Origin: a virus
DNA: 64,000 nt
Virus record (IMG/VR): IMGVR_UViG_3300017435_000029
Strand: one strand, 5' to 3'
Position numbers and translations under genes: made by a program. Under the pieces are notes generated by a model. That model worked only from the letters and a program-made list of their open reading frames with translations, was not told the DNA's origin and ran no database searches. This document shows, one piece after another, positions 35,201-42,236 of this stretch (position 1 is its first letter; every line of letters starts with the position of its first letter).

Positions 35201-36955
35201 AAGTTCTTCCGCTTCGCAATGGAGGTGGCCCGCATCGACGGTCACCTGCAGGACGGCGGGACGCTGGGCAACTTCTACACGGCGCTGGCCATGGAGCAGG
35301 ACGCCTCGTCCTCGGGGGCGCAGATCATCGCGCTCACGACCAGGAACAAGCAGCTGGCCGGCCTTTCGAACGTGGTGCCTACCAACCAGAAGCGCCGCCT
35401 CTACGACGAGATCGCGGCGGCCACCTACAACGACCCGCGCTTCAAGGTGCTGAACGAGAGGCTCGGCCTCAAGCTCAAGGACCTGCAGAAGGCCGCGAAG
35501 GCCCAGAACATGGTCACGTTCTACGGCGCGGGCGAGAAGACCGGCATCCTCAACGTCGAGGGCAAGCTCGGCAAGGTGCTCAACAAGCGCGAGGGTACCT
35601 TGGTGGTGACCGCCTCGGACAGGCAGAAGGTCTTGAACGAGATCGACGCCCGCATCGCACGCGTGGAGCGGTACGACCCCGAGGGCGGCCAGATGCTCCG
35701 GGTGCTGCGCCAGGACGTGCGCGACATCTTCAACAAGGGGCAGGACCCCGGCGACGACATCATGGAGTCGCTGTACTTCCTGGACCCCGCCACGAAGGAG
35801 CTCGTGGAGAAGCTCACCCGCAGCTACGAGCAGGTGGTCACCCCGGACGACTTCAAGGGCATCGCCAAGATCATGTCCGAGCACCTGGCGGAGCAGGTCC
35901 CCATCCTCAAGGACTTCACCCGCTTCTTCGGCCGCCTCGCGAGGGCGTACCTGGAGACGGCCAAGCCCGCCAACGCCGACTTCGACTGGAAGAAGATCGC
36001 CACGCTGGCGACGAGGGGTTCCGAGAGGGGCAGGGCCAAGCTGCCTCCCCTCGTGGCCGAGACCCTGGGGCTCCCCGCGAACACCCCCGTGACGGAGCAG
36101 CTGCTGTCCCGCCTCTTCACCGACTGGAACCCCAACTCGGGGCTGGCCCAGCTGGTGTTCGGCGCTAAGAAGTCCGACACGAGGGCCGTGGGCAGACGCC
36201 TGTGGAAGCTGGACCTCGGCAGCGCCCCCGACATAGCGTCCAAGTACCTGGGCACCGACGTGCTCAAGGACGCGACGAAGGCGAGCGAGGTCAGCCTGCT
36301 GTACACCGACCAGAACGACCTGCCGAAGAGCTGGTCGAACGTGCCGTGGGTCAACTTCGACGGCAAGACGATCGAGCAGAACTTCACCCAGAGCTTCGAG
36401 GAGAGACTGGTCTACAAGGACAAGGAGGGCAACTGGATCACCAACATCCTGATGATCCCCCAGAAGACCGAGGCCAGCTACTGGGACCAGGTGCTGAACA
36501 AGGCGGGCTCCATCAACGACATCGCGGACGCCGGCAAGGCCAACACCGCGTTCGCCGTGAACGGGAACCACTCGAACGACGCCGTGATCGTCAAGCGCTT
36601 CCACCTGTGGGGCCGCGACAACAACGTGCCGACCAGCACGGTGCACGACGCGTTCTTCACCCACATCGCGGACCTGCTGCCCGGCAGGACGGCCCTCCGC
36701 GGCATCTACGCCAAGACCCTGGACAAGAACGTGGTCAAGATGACGCTCGACGAAATGAGGGCGCGCGGGCTGTCCAAGGAGTTGTACGACGCCTTCCTTG
36801 ACGAGGCCATCGACAAGGGGCTGATACCCGTCGCGGGTCGGTCTGTCGTCGGCGGGAAGGTGCTGGCCGAGGAGGACATCCTCACCCAGGACGATGTGCT
36901 CGAGGAGGTCCCCTACGACTTCGAGCGTAACTACGGCTGGTACGGGGTCGGGTAG
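32297..36955 (+). CDS. fusion of a Mu-F/SPP1-gp7-like minor head domain (N-terminus) to a T7-like single-subunit DNA-dependent RNA polymerase (C-terminal, about 1000 aa)
   Basis: MuF signature VLDSRTTSLCAHRDGHIYPIGDVEHLPPAHWNCRST. RNAP motif A LAMEQDASSSGAQIIALTTRNKQLAGLSNVVP (T7: [30 protein letters not shown]), motif B KAQNMVTFYGAG (T7: KRSVMTLAYGS), and motif C TVHDAFFT (T7: IHDSFGT). The C-terminal ...VPYDFE is analogous to the T7 FAFA foot. Confidence 0.85.
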   Translation: MAEAVNANTQMYDRVIDRAAMIRMYEDRVQGKVTLTLDGHEKRLDDLVRAARTDVKGLDRLREAVDQELQRTYQEAHAVTKRSLVDLAVDQLSFAYQNVEVAMGPIWRTARPTRRVAEEIALERPLYEDRTLSQGWAGVSLSERKRLDALIRRGVAQGWTVDEIALEVRRGNVHNITRMQARTLVTTAVTSVHNQADHEVYKANAKALQGWQYVAVLDSRTTSLCAHRDGHIYPIGDVEHLPPAHWNCRSTSVPVFKSWEDIANLEGAAEVRKRNLRNLTPEERAFYDGLTPAREGYEAWLKRQPVPVQLRHLGEYKKVEMLNAGELSLDKFTKPDGATLGIRELRKLTDQDAVVPGDTRRFANAKARLDAMRLGASTPEDLYKMQGTLVDYYLLQAGDLNGNLAVTSYRGTLLHNKRNTRNRVLSSPPTEEQLRYNPLTQRYDDVRIYQPNADVYDGALRRVRDSEDLLQGDKDFVLSTLDKLSMKMGMNERAAVADNLRVTIGRFRKNGEVWGNFKAVSNSQMKFDVMNVSDAIETQLRRDGDVLRKLSRDVYVDPVLGETQLSELGGDLVKNIKERNRWDDTVAPAIARELRDYFDLAIPKKIRSRLSERQVQGFYQRFAERLGAADSPDRDALAVALGRDLYNSANYNGNRRDWYNLGLKLLEQKAGHLFQIDTFGVQKRRMRSRLSGAYFGPYYDTVSYYIKVEDPRIVRYARLNRQVEIGLRVPVTSEGQRLTLREGYKTYFVRDGLGWYDTRLPIVSSSSFSNFPTEFVDKDFVSAMNWASETKYKIDPEFHEFIRKLLYFKDDRGNAKKYDELNHYRKYMLGRGDAYEHFKTMQWLTEGDRTFSNHTFIDMRGRVYSRGFVTPQSGESFRPFFNTERKKPLGEAGHDALVDQIGSFLGGLTDYFEGNFDSLTFVGRRRIAEKWRPELRRLGQAMLSGKPADMRYVLESPVVAQVDGEELGKFFRFAMEVARIDGHLQDGGTLGNFYTALAMEQDASSSGAQIIALTTRNKQLAGLSNVVPTNQKRRLYDEIAAATYNDPRFKVLNERLGLKLKDLQKAAKAQNMVTFYGAGEKTGILNVEGKLGKVLNKREGTLVVTASDRQKVLNEIDARIARVERYDPEGGQMLRVLRQDVRDIFNKGQDPGDDIMESLYFLDPATKELVEKLTRSYEQVVTPDDFKGIAKIMSEHLAEQVPILKDFTRFFGRLARAYLETAKPANADFDWKKIATLATRGSERGRAKLPPLVAETLGLPANTPVTEQLLSRLFTDWNPNSGLAQLVFGAKKSDTRAVGRRLWKLDLGSAPDIASKYLGTDVLKDATKASEVSLLYTDQNDLPKSWSNVPWVNFDGKTIEQNFTQSFEERLVYKDKEGNWITNILMIPQKTEASYWDQVLNKAGSINDIADAGKANTAFAVNGNHSNDAVIVKRFHLWGRDNNVPTSTVHDAFFTHIADLLPGRTALRGIYAKTLDKNVVKMTLDEMRARGLSKELYDAFLDEAIDKGLIPVAGRSVVGGKVLAEEDILTQDDVLEEVPYDFERNYGWYGVG

Positions 36956-36962
36956 GGCCCAC

Positions 36963-36979
36963 CCCGTTAAATTAACCCG
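36963..36979 (+). promoter_or_regulatory. conserved element CCCCGTTAAATTAACCC, copy 4, upstream of the scaffold and capsid operon
   Basis: Exact core; a small hairpin CCCGCaaGCGGG follows it. Confidence 0.6.
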
Positions 36980-37088
36980 CAAGCGGGCGCGACAGGCTGT
37001 GCCTCACCCGCGCTCCCTCGCGGACAACATTCCAGGCGACGGGCTGTGCCCTTAGCCGCATGCGAGCTGTGCTCGAAGGAAGACACGA

Positions 37089-37814
37089 ATGAAGGTGAAT
37101 CCGAAGCAGATCGAAGACCCCGACAACGAGGGTCAGATGATCGACAACCCGAACTACGACTCGACCAAGGACGAGGACGGCAACCCGATCGAGGGCGGCG
37201 GAGACGACGACGACGAGGACGACGCTCCTGCAGGCCAGACCGAGATCGAGAAGGCGGTAGCTGCCGCCCTGAAGCCGATCAAGGCCAAGCTGAACAAGGC
37301 CTACGAGGAGCGCAACACCGCGCTGACCGAGAAGGCCAAGCTCGAGAAGGCCGAGCGTGACCGGGAGACCCAGCGCCTCAAGGACGCGGGCGAGGCCGAC
37401 AAGGCACACGCACGCGAGCTCGAGGACCGCGACCAGGAGCTGGAGCAGCTCCGCGAGGCCAACGTCAAGCTCACTCGCGACCGCGACGTGGGTGACGCGC
37501 TGGCAGCGTACGACTTCAAGACGCCCCGCGCGAAGGCCAACGCGATCCGTGACATCACGGAGGACCTGACCCGCAACGAAGACGGCACTTGGACGACGCG
37601 GGCGGGGGAGTCGATCGAGGAGTTCGCCAAGGCTTTCATGGAACAGGAGGATAACTCCTACCTGCTCAAGCCGAAGCAGAACCGTGGATCTGGCACGGAC
37701 CGCACCAAGACCGACCAACAGGTTCGCCAGGACGGCAAGCCGAAGTCGTTGTTCGACATGTCCACCGAGGACGTGATGCGCAACATCCTTGCGGGCAAGC
37801 CGCCCCAGGGATAA
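37089..37814 (+). CDS. putative scaffolding protein
   Basis: Acidic, coiled-coil-rich 241-aa protein immediately upstream of the major capsid gene; RBS GAAGGAAGACACGA. Confidence 0.6.
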   Translation: MKVNPKQIEDPDNEGQMIDNPNYDSTKDEDGNPIEGGGDDDDEDDAPAGQTEIEKAVAAALKPIKAKLNKAYEERNTALTEKAKLEKAERDRETQRLKDAGEADKAHARELEDRDQELEQLREANVKLTRDRDVGDALAAYDFKTPRAKANAIRDITEDLTRNEDGTWTTRAGESIEEFAKAFMEQEDNSYLLKPKQNRGSGTDRTKTDQQVRQDGKPKSLFDMSTEDVMRNILAGKPPQG

Positions 37815-37836
37815 CCATACACAAGGACACGAATAG

Positions 37837-39021
37837 ATGCCCGCACTCCAGGTACCGCCCGGTGCCGAGAACTTCGTTCTTCGTTCGACCATCGGCGCGT
37901 ACAGCGACGAGGCGTACACGAACGCTAAGAAGATCTCCACCACGGCGGTCGTCGGCGGCAACTCGCTGATCGACAAGAACACCGAAACCTTCGTCGGCCA
38001 GATGCGCTGGTTCACGCCGATGAACCCCGTCATCAACATCGCGTCGATCACCGACCCGACCGACGGTCTGTACAACGACTTCGCGAGCGAGTTCTCGCAG
38101 TACATCAAGACCGCGCGCACGTGGGGCGCCAAGCGCCGCAACCTGAGCGAGCTGATCACCAAGGTCGACGACATCAAGCAGATGTCGAAGAGCTTCGGCG
38201 AGCACCGCGCGCAGGACGAGGACAACGCCGTACGCGCCGTGCTCAAGGGCGTGGCCGTCGCCGAGATCCTCCACGGCGCAGGCACCGCAGGCGGCGGCGC
38301 AGGCAAGGGCGGCCAGACGTTCTACAACGACCCGAACGACAAGAAGTTCGGCTTCTACGTCGACCTCGGCAACGACAAGCTCGTCGAGGACCGCGGCTCG
38401 TACGAGGGCGCTGCCCGCGCCGAGGCGATGATCCGCGCGGTCGGCATGGCCTACAAGGACTACGAGCCGGACTACATGTACTGGGTCATCGACCCGGCCG
38501 TCCGCGCCAGCATCCGCTCGGCCAACCTGATCGACGGTGACAAGGTCGTCGACGGCGACGTCGAGTTCGAGACCGTGTTCAACGGCAAGTTCCGCCTCCT
38601 GCACTCGCGCGCGGACACCTCGTTCTCGCCCGAGGAGATCGCTGCCCTGAACGGCGGCGGCGGCGTCGACATCGTCGGCCGGTACACCTCGTACCTGATC
38701 CTGCCGGGCGCGATCGCCATGGAGCAGCTGGACATCCCGAACCCGGTCGGCGTGGACAACCGCGAGGCCAGCTACCACGGCACCGGCGTGGCGGAGATCT
38801 GGCACCGCTGGGGCTTCGTCATCCATCCGGGCGGCTACACCTGGGCTGGCGACGAGGAGCACTTCCCGACCAACCAGGACTACGCCTCGGTCCGCGTGGG
38901 CAGCACGACCAAGCGCGTCGCTGACCTCCAGGCCGGCGACCACGCGACCGTAAAGGGCGTCTGGCAGCGCAAGACCGCCTCGGTCCTGTCGCTCGGCATC
39001 CTGCCCGTCTTCCACGGGTAA
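37837..39021 (+). CDS. putative major capsid protein (HK97-like, assigned by position)
   Basis: 394-aa protein that follows the scaffold; RBS AAGGACACGAATAG; Gly-rich loops. Confidence 0.65.
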   Translation: MPALQVPPGAENFVLRSTIGAYSDEAYTNAKKISTTAVVGGNSLIDKNTETFVGQMRWFTPMNPVINIASITDPTDGLYNDFASEFSQYIKTARTWGAKRRNLSELITKVDDIKQMSKSFGEHRAQDEDNAVRAVLKGVAVAEILHGAGTAGGGAGKGGQTFYNDPNDKKFGFYVDLGNDKLVEDRGSYEGAARAEAMIRAVGMAYKDYEPDYMYWVIDPAVRASIRSANLIDGDKVVDGDVEFETVFNGKFRLLHSRADTSFSPEEIAALNGGGGVDIVGRYTSYLILPGAIAMEQLDIPNPVGVDNREASYHGTGVAEIWHRWGFVIHPGGYTWAGDEEHFPTNQDYASVRVGSTTKRVADLQAGDHATVKGVWQRKTASVLSLGILPVFHG

Positions 39022-39027
39022 GCGGCC

Positions 39028-39504
39028 ATGGTCACCCTCGTGGTAGGTTTGAACAGCAACGTGACGTACGAGCAGGCGGTCGAGTACTTCACCACCCGCA
39101 TCGACGTCGCGGCCTGGGACGAGGCTCCGGAGGATGACCAGAAGAAGGCGGTCGCCACCGCTACGGCCATGCTCGACCAGCTGGACTGGGAGGGCAGGGC
39201 TCTGGACGCGTCTCAGCGCGGCGCGTTCCCCCGCAAGCTGTGCTTCTTCGACCCCCGCCTGGGCTTCCGGGTAGAGGTCGAGGGGGTGCCCGACCGGGTG
39301 GAGCAAGCCACCTGCGAGTTGGCGTACCACCTCCTGAACAACGACGGCGTGCTCGACGAGACGGGCGGGGTGCAGAGCCTCAGCCTGGGACCGATCGAGC
39401 TGTCCGGCGTGACCTCGGCAGCCCCGATACCGGAGAACGTCCGGCGTCTGGTCAAGCCGCTCCTGCTCAGCAGGAAGCGCCCTCCGGTGTGGAGGGCCTG
39501 GTGA
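39028..39504 (+). CDS. putative head-tail connector/adaptor protein
   Basis: 158-aa protein after the capsid gene; its N-terminus YEQAVEYFTTRIDVAAWDE is typical of head-tail joining proteins. Confidence 0.5.
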   Translation: MVTLVVGLNSNVTYEQAVEYFTTRIDVAAWDEAPEDDQKKAVATATAMLDQLDWEGRALDASQRGAFPRKLCFFDPRLGFRVEVEGVPDRVEQATCELAYHLLNNDGVLDETGGVQSLSLGPIELSGVTSAAPIPENVRRLVKPLLLSRKRPPVWRAW

Positions 39505-39505
39505 C

Positions 39506-39859
39506 GTGGGGTACTCCAACCTAGTCGACAGGCAGGTTGCCCTGGCCTTCAACAAGGTCAAGGACCTCGCCGTGGTGGCTACGCTGCGCAAGGCCACGGA
39601 CGTCAAGTTCGACTTCAACGCGGGCGAGGTGAGAGCCTCCGGTCCCGGCGACAAGGCCGTCAAGGTCGTGGTCGTAGACGAGAAGAAGCCGAACAAGGGG
39701 TCTAACACCCTGGTCCGCAGCCTCATGGCCAAGGCGTCCGACCTCGGGGAGCTCAACGGCTCCGACGTCTTCGTCATGGACGGCTACGAGTGGTCGGTCG
39801 GCGGAGTCCTTCACAGGACCGGCCGCGTCTGGCTGTTCGAGGTCTACAGGGAGACGTAG
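39506..39859 (+). CDS. putative head-closure or tail-completion protein (117 aa)
   Basis: Assigned by position; GTG start. Confidence 0.45.
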   Translation: MGYSNLVDRQVALAFNKVKDLAVVATLRKATDVKFDFNAGEVRASGPGDKAVKVVVVDEKKPNKGSNTLVRSLMAKASDLGELNGSDVFVMDGYEWSVGGVLHRTGRVWLFEVYRET

Positions 39860-39861
39860 AC

Positions 39862-40266
39862 GTGGGTCGCTTCGAAGACACACAGAAGGCGGTCTTCTCC
39901 GTGTTCGGCAGCCCCGCCTGGGTCACCGAGGACATACAGACCGTCCCCCAGGACGTCGCCCTGACCAGCCTCGGCAACGAGTTCGTCAGGGTCAGCGTCG
40001 TGGCTTCCGGACTGAGCGTTAACTCTCTGTCCGTATCAGGCGTCGTTATAGCAGACATCTTCACGGCCGCAGGCAAGGGTCCGACCCGAGCCATGCAGAT
40101 CGCCGACGCCCTCGACCGTCACCTACTGGACAAGCTGGTGCCCATCTCGCCGACCCGCTCGGTGCAGTTCAGGCAGTCCACGCTCTCGCCCAGGGGCACC
40201 GACGGCGACAACAACACGCTCTCGAGGTCACAGTACACTGTGCCCTTCAACATGTTCGGAGTTTGA
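39862..40266 (+). CDS. putative neck or tail-terminator protein (134 aa)
   Basis: RBS AGGGAGA sits 8 nt before GTG 39862. Confidence 0.45.
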   Translation: MGRFEDTQKAVFSVFGSPAWVTEDIQTVPQDVALTSLGNEFVRVSVVASGLSVNSLSVSGVVIADIFTAAGKGPTRAMQIADALDRHLLDKLVPISPTRSVQFRQSTLSPRGTDGDNNTLSRSQYTVPFNMFGV

Positions 40267-40270
40267 ACGA

Positions 40271-40843
40271 ATGGCTCACTTCACCGGCATCGGCGCCGGC
40301 ATCTACACCGACCTCGCGGTCGCGACGCCCGCCGCCGAGCTGACCGTATTCCCGACCACGCAGGCCGGCTTCGCCGCTCTGTTCGCGACGGAGATCCAGA
40401 ACCAGGGCGGTACCCGCGCAGCCGGCGCGTTCGTCCGCATCAAGAACGTCCGCGAGTTCCCGCCCATCGGCACCCCGGCGAACATCGTCAACGTGCCCGT
40501 CTACGGCGCGCCGACGAGCTCGCAGGTCCAGGGCCAGTCGGACGCACCGACGCTGGAGCTGACGCTCAACTACGTCTCCAACGACTGGGGCAAGGACGCG
40601 ACCACGATCACGTCCTACATGGTCGGCGACGGCATCCAGCGCGTCTTCCGCTTCTCGCTGCTCAACGCGCAGCCGGCGGACTACGGCCACGCGGCGGCGA
40701 AGATGGGCGCGGTGCCCAACTCGTCGTACTTCTTCATCGGCCGCATGGAGGCGCTGCAGGTCAACCCGCAGCTCACCGACGCCAACACCGCCACGCTGAC
40801 CCTGTCGATGCAGGGCCAGTTCTACGGCGCGTACACCGTCTAA
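40271..40843 (+). CDS. putative major tail (tube) protein
   Basis: 190-aa protein immediately upstream of the chaperone genes and the tape measure gene. Confidence 0.55.
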   Translation: MAHFTGIGAGIYTDLAVATPAAELTVFPTTQAGFAALFATEIQNQGGTRAAGAFVRIKNVREFPPIGTPANIVNVPVYGAPTSSQVQGQSDAPTLELTLNYVSNDWGKDATTITSYMVGDGIQRVFRFSLLNAQPADYGHAAAKMGAVPNSSYFFIGRMEALQVNPQLTDANTATLTLSMQGQFYGAYTV

Positions 40844-40881
40844 TCGACGGCAGGGAGGGTCCTCAGGGCTCTCCCTCTTGT

Positions 40882-40956
40882 GGGGAGGTCGTCCAGTAGG
40901 TAGGACTCCGGTCTCCAAAACCGGCAACTCTGGTTCGAGCCCAGACCGCCCCGCCA
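40882..40956 (+). tRNA. tRNA-Trp (anticodon CCA), 75 nt, CCA end encoded
   Basis: Hand-folded cloverleaf: acceptor GGGGAGG/CCGCCCC (one A.G mismatch), D arm GTCC-AGTAGGTA-GGAC, anticodon arm CCGGT-CTCCAAA-ACCGG, variable loop CAAC, T arm TCTGG-TTCGAGC-CCAGA, discriminator G, then CCA. Confidence 0.75.
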
Positions 40957-40974
40957 ACCATATAGAGAAACATC

Positions 40975-41214
40975 ATGCCAGACGATCAGGCCGCCAAGCC
41001 GTTCGACACCGGCTACGTGATGCGTACCACGGCCAAGCACTGCCGCCGTGACATCGACATCTCGATCCGGAAGACGTACGACCGGGTGCAAGACTTCCCT
41101 GCGGACAGTCCGCAGTCGCGCGAGGTGTTCAAGGCTCTCGGAGCCCTGCACGCTTTCCGCAAGATGCTGGACGATTTCCAGCGCATCAACCAGATATATT
41201 TCAAGAGTGAGTGA
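40975..41214 (+). CDS. hypothetical protein (79 aa)
   Basis: ORF between the tRNA and the chaperone genes. Confidence 0.5.
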   Translation: MPDDQAAKPFDTGYVMRTTAKHCRRDIDISIRKTYDRVQDFPADSPQSREVFKALGALHAFRKMLDDFQRINQIYFKSE

Positions 41215-41221
41215 GGACGAC

Positions 41222-41557
41222 ATGGACGACACGACCAACAAGAGCGCGCCGACCGGCATCATGGCGCTGCTCGGCCGGAAGATGCACAAGACCGTCAAGT
41301 TCCTGGGCGCCGACGTCAAGATCTACAAGCTGACGGTCGCCGAGGTCAAGGAGATCCAGGACAAGGCCAAGAGCCTGGAGTCGGACGAGGAGGCGGGCCT
41401 CGACATCCTGCGCACGGTGATCCGTCGCGCGGTCGAGGGGGGCGCGGAGCTCCAGGACGCCGACTTCGAGGCGTGGCCCATGGACGAGCTGTCGAAGCTG
41501 TCGAACGAGATCATGAAGTTCTCGGGCATCGCCGGTGACCAGGGAAAGTCCGACTAA
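41222..41557 (+). CDS. tail assembly chaperone (G-like)
   Basis: Lies between the major tail and tape measure genes; RBS GAGGACGAC; ends just after the slippery heptamer. Confidence 0.6.
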   Translation: MDDTTNKSAPTGIMALLGRKMHKTVKFLGADVKIYKLTVAEVKEIQDKAKSLESDEEAGLDILRTVIRRAVEGGAELQDADFEAWPMDELSKLSNEIMKFSGIAGDQGKSD

Positions 41558-41883
41558 CAGACGAACAGCTGGCCCTGTACGAGGTCGCCCACAACCTAGG
41601 CAAGTTCGTCTGGGAGGTGGCCGACCTGCCGTACACGGAGCTGCTCGGCTGGTACGACTACTTCGAGCGCCGCCCGCACGGCTGGAGGGAGGACGACAGG
41701 GCCTCCAAGATAATCCAGTCCGCGGGCGTGAAGGAGAAGCCGTGGGTGCTGTTCCCGTCGCTGGAGCGCATCTACAAGCCCGAGAGCGCGGTCGAGGGCG
41801 ACGAGGCCGGGAAGAGCCTCGGAGGCTCCGCGTTCTTCCAGAAGATGATGCAGGCCGTAGGAGGGGACAAGATCGCGCTATGA
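41222..41883 (+). CDS. tail assembly chaperone G-T fusion, produced by a -1 programmed frameshift at GGGAAAG (41542-41548)
   Basis: Canonical X XXY YYZ heptamer G GGA AAG in the zero frame, 9 nt before the G stop. The -1 frame is open from 41539 to 41883 and is protein-like (LTDEQLALYEVAHNLGKFVWEV...). Confidence 0.55.
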
Positions 41884-42176
41884 TCAAGGTCAAGATAAAG
41901 GGCGACCTGTCCCGCGAGATAGCCGCCAAGGTGGCTGCCTCGACCACGACGGTCGTGAAGAGTGCCGTCGAGGCGCTCAGGGACGCTACCCCGGTCGACA
42001 CCGGGGAGGCGAGGGACGGGTGGCGCCTGGAGAAGGACGCCATCGTGAACGACGTGGAGCACGTCTCGTTCCTCAATGATGGAAGCTCGCAGCAGGCCCC
42101 GGCCTACTTCATCGAGCAAACTCTGTTGTCACAGAAGGGCGTAGTCCCTAGTGGAACAATCGTTAGGCCGCAATGA
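41880..42176 (+). CDS. tail-component protein (98 aa, HK97-gp10-like DTGEARDGWRLE)
   Basis: ATGA overlap with the upstream gene; weak DTG motif. Confidence 0.45.
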   Translation: MIKVKIKGDLSREIAAKVAASTTTVVKSAVEALRDATPVDTGEARDGWRLEKDAIVNDVEHVSFLNDGSSQQAPAYFIEQTLLSQKGVVPSGTIVRPQ

Positions 42177-42236
42177 CCTACACCCCTGCTAGGCTGTTAT
42201 GTCTGGCGGGGGTTTAATTTTAGAGAAGGAGGTACT

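Noticed and set aside
33017-36982. 1321-aa minus-strand ORF antisense to the RNAP gene. Similar long minus-strand ORFs occur at 48453..51734, 58798..62277, 53218..55710, 37666..39777 and 28221..30161.
   Set aside because: The translations are dominated by R, A, G, P, L, V and H, the signature of wrong-frame reading in high-GC DNA. GC3 is low and there are no RBS sites. Each lies entirely inside a confident + strand gene.
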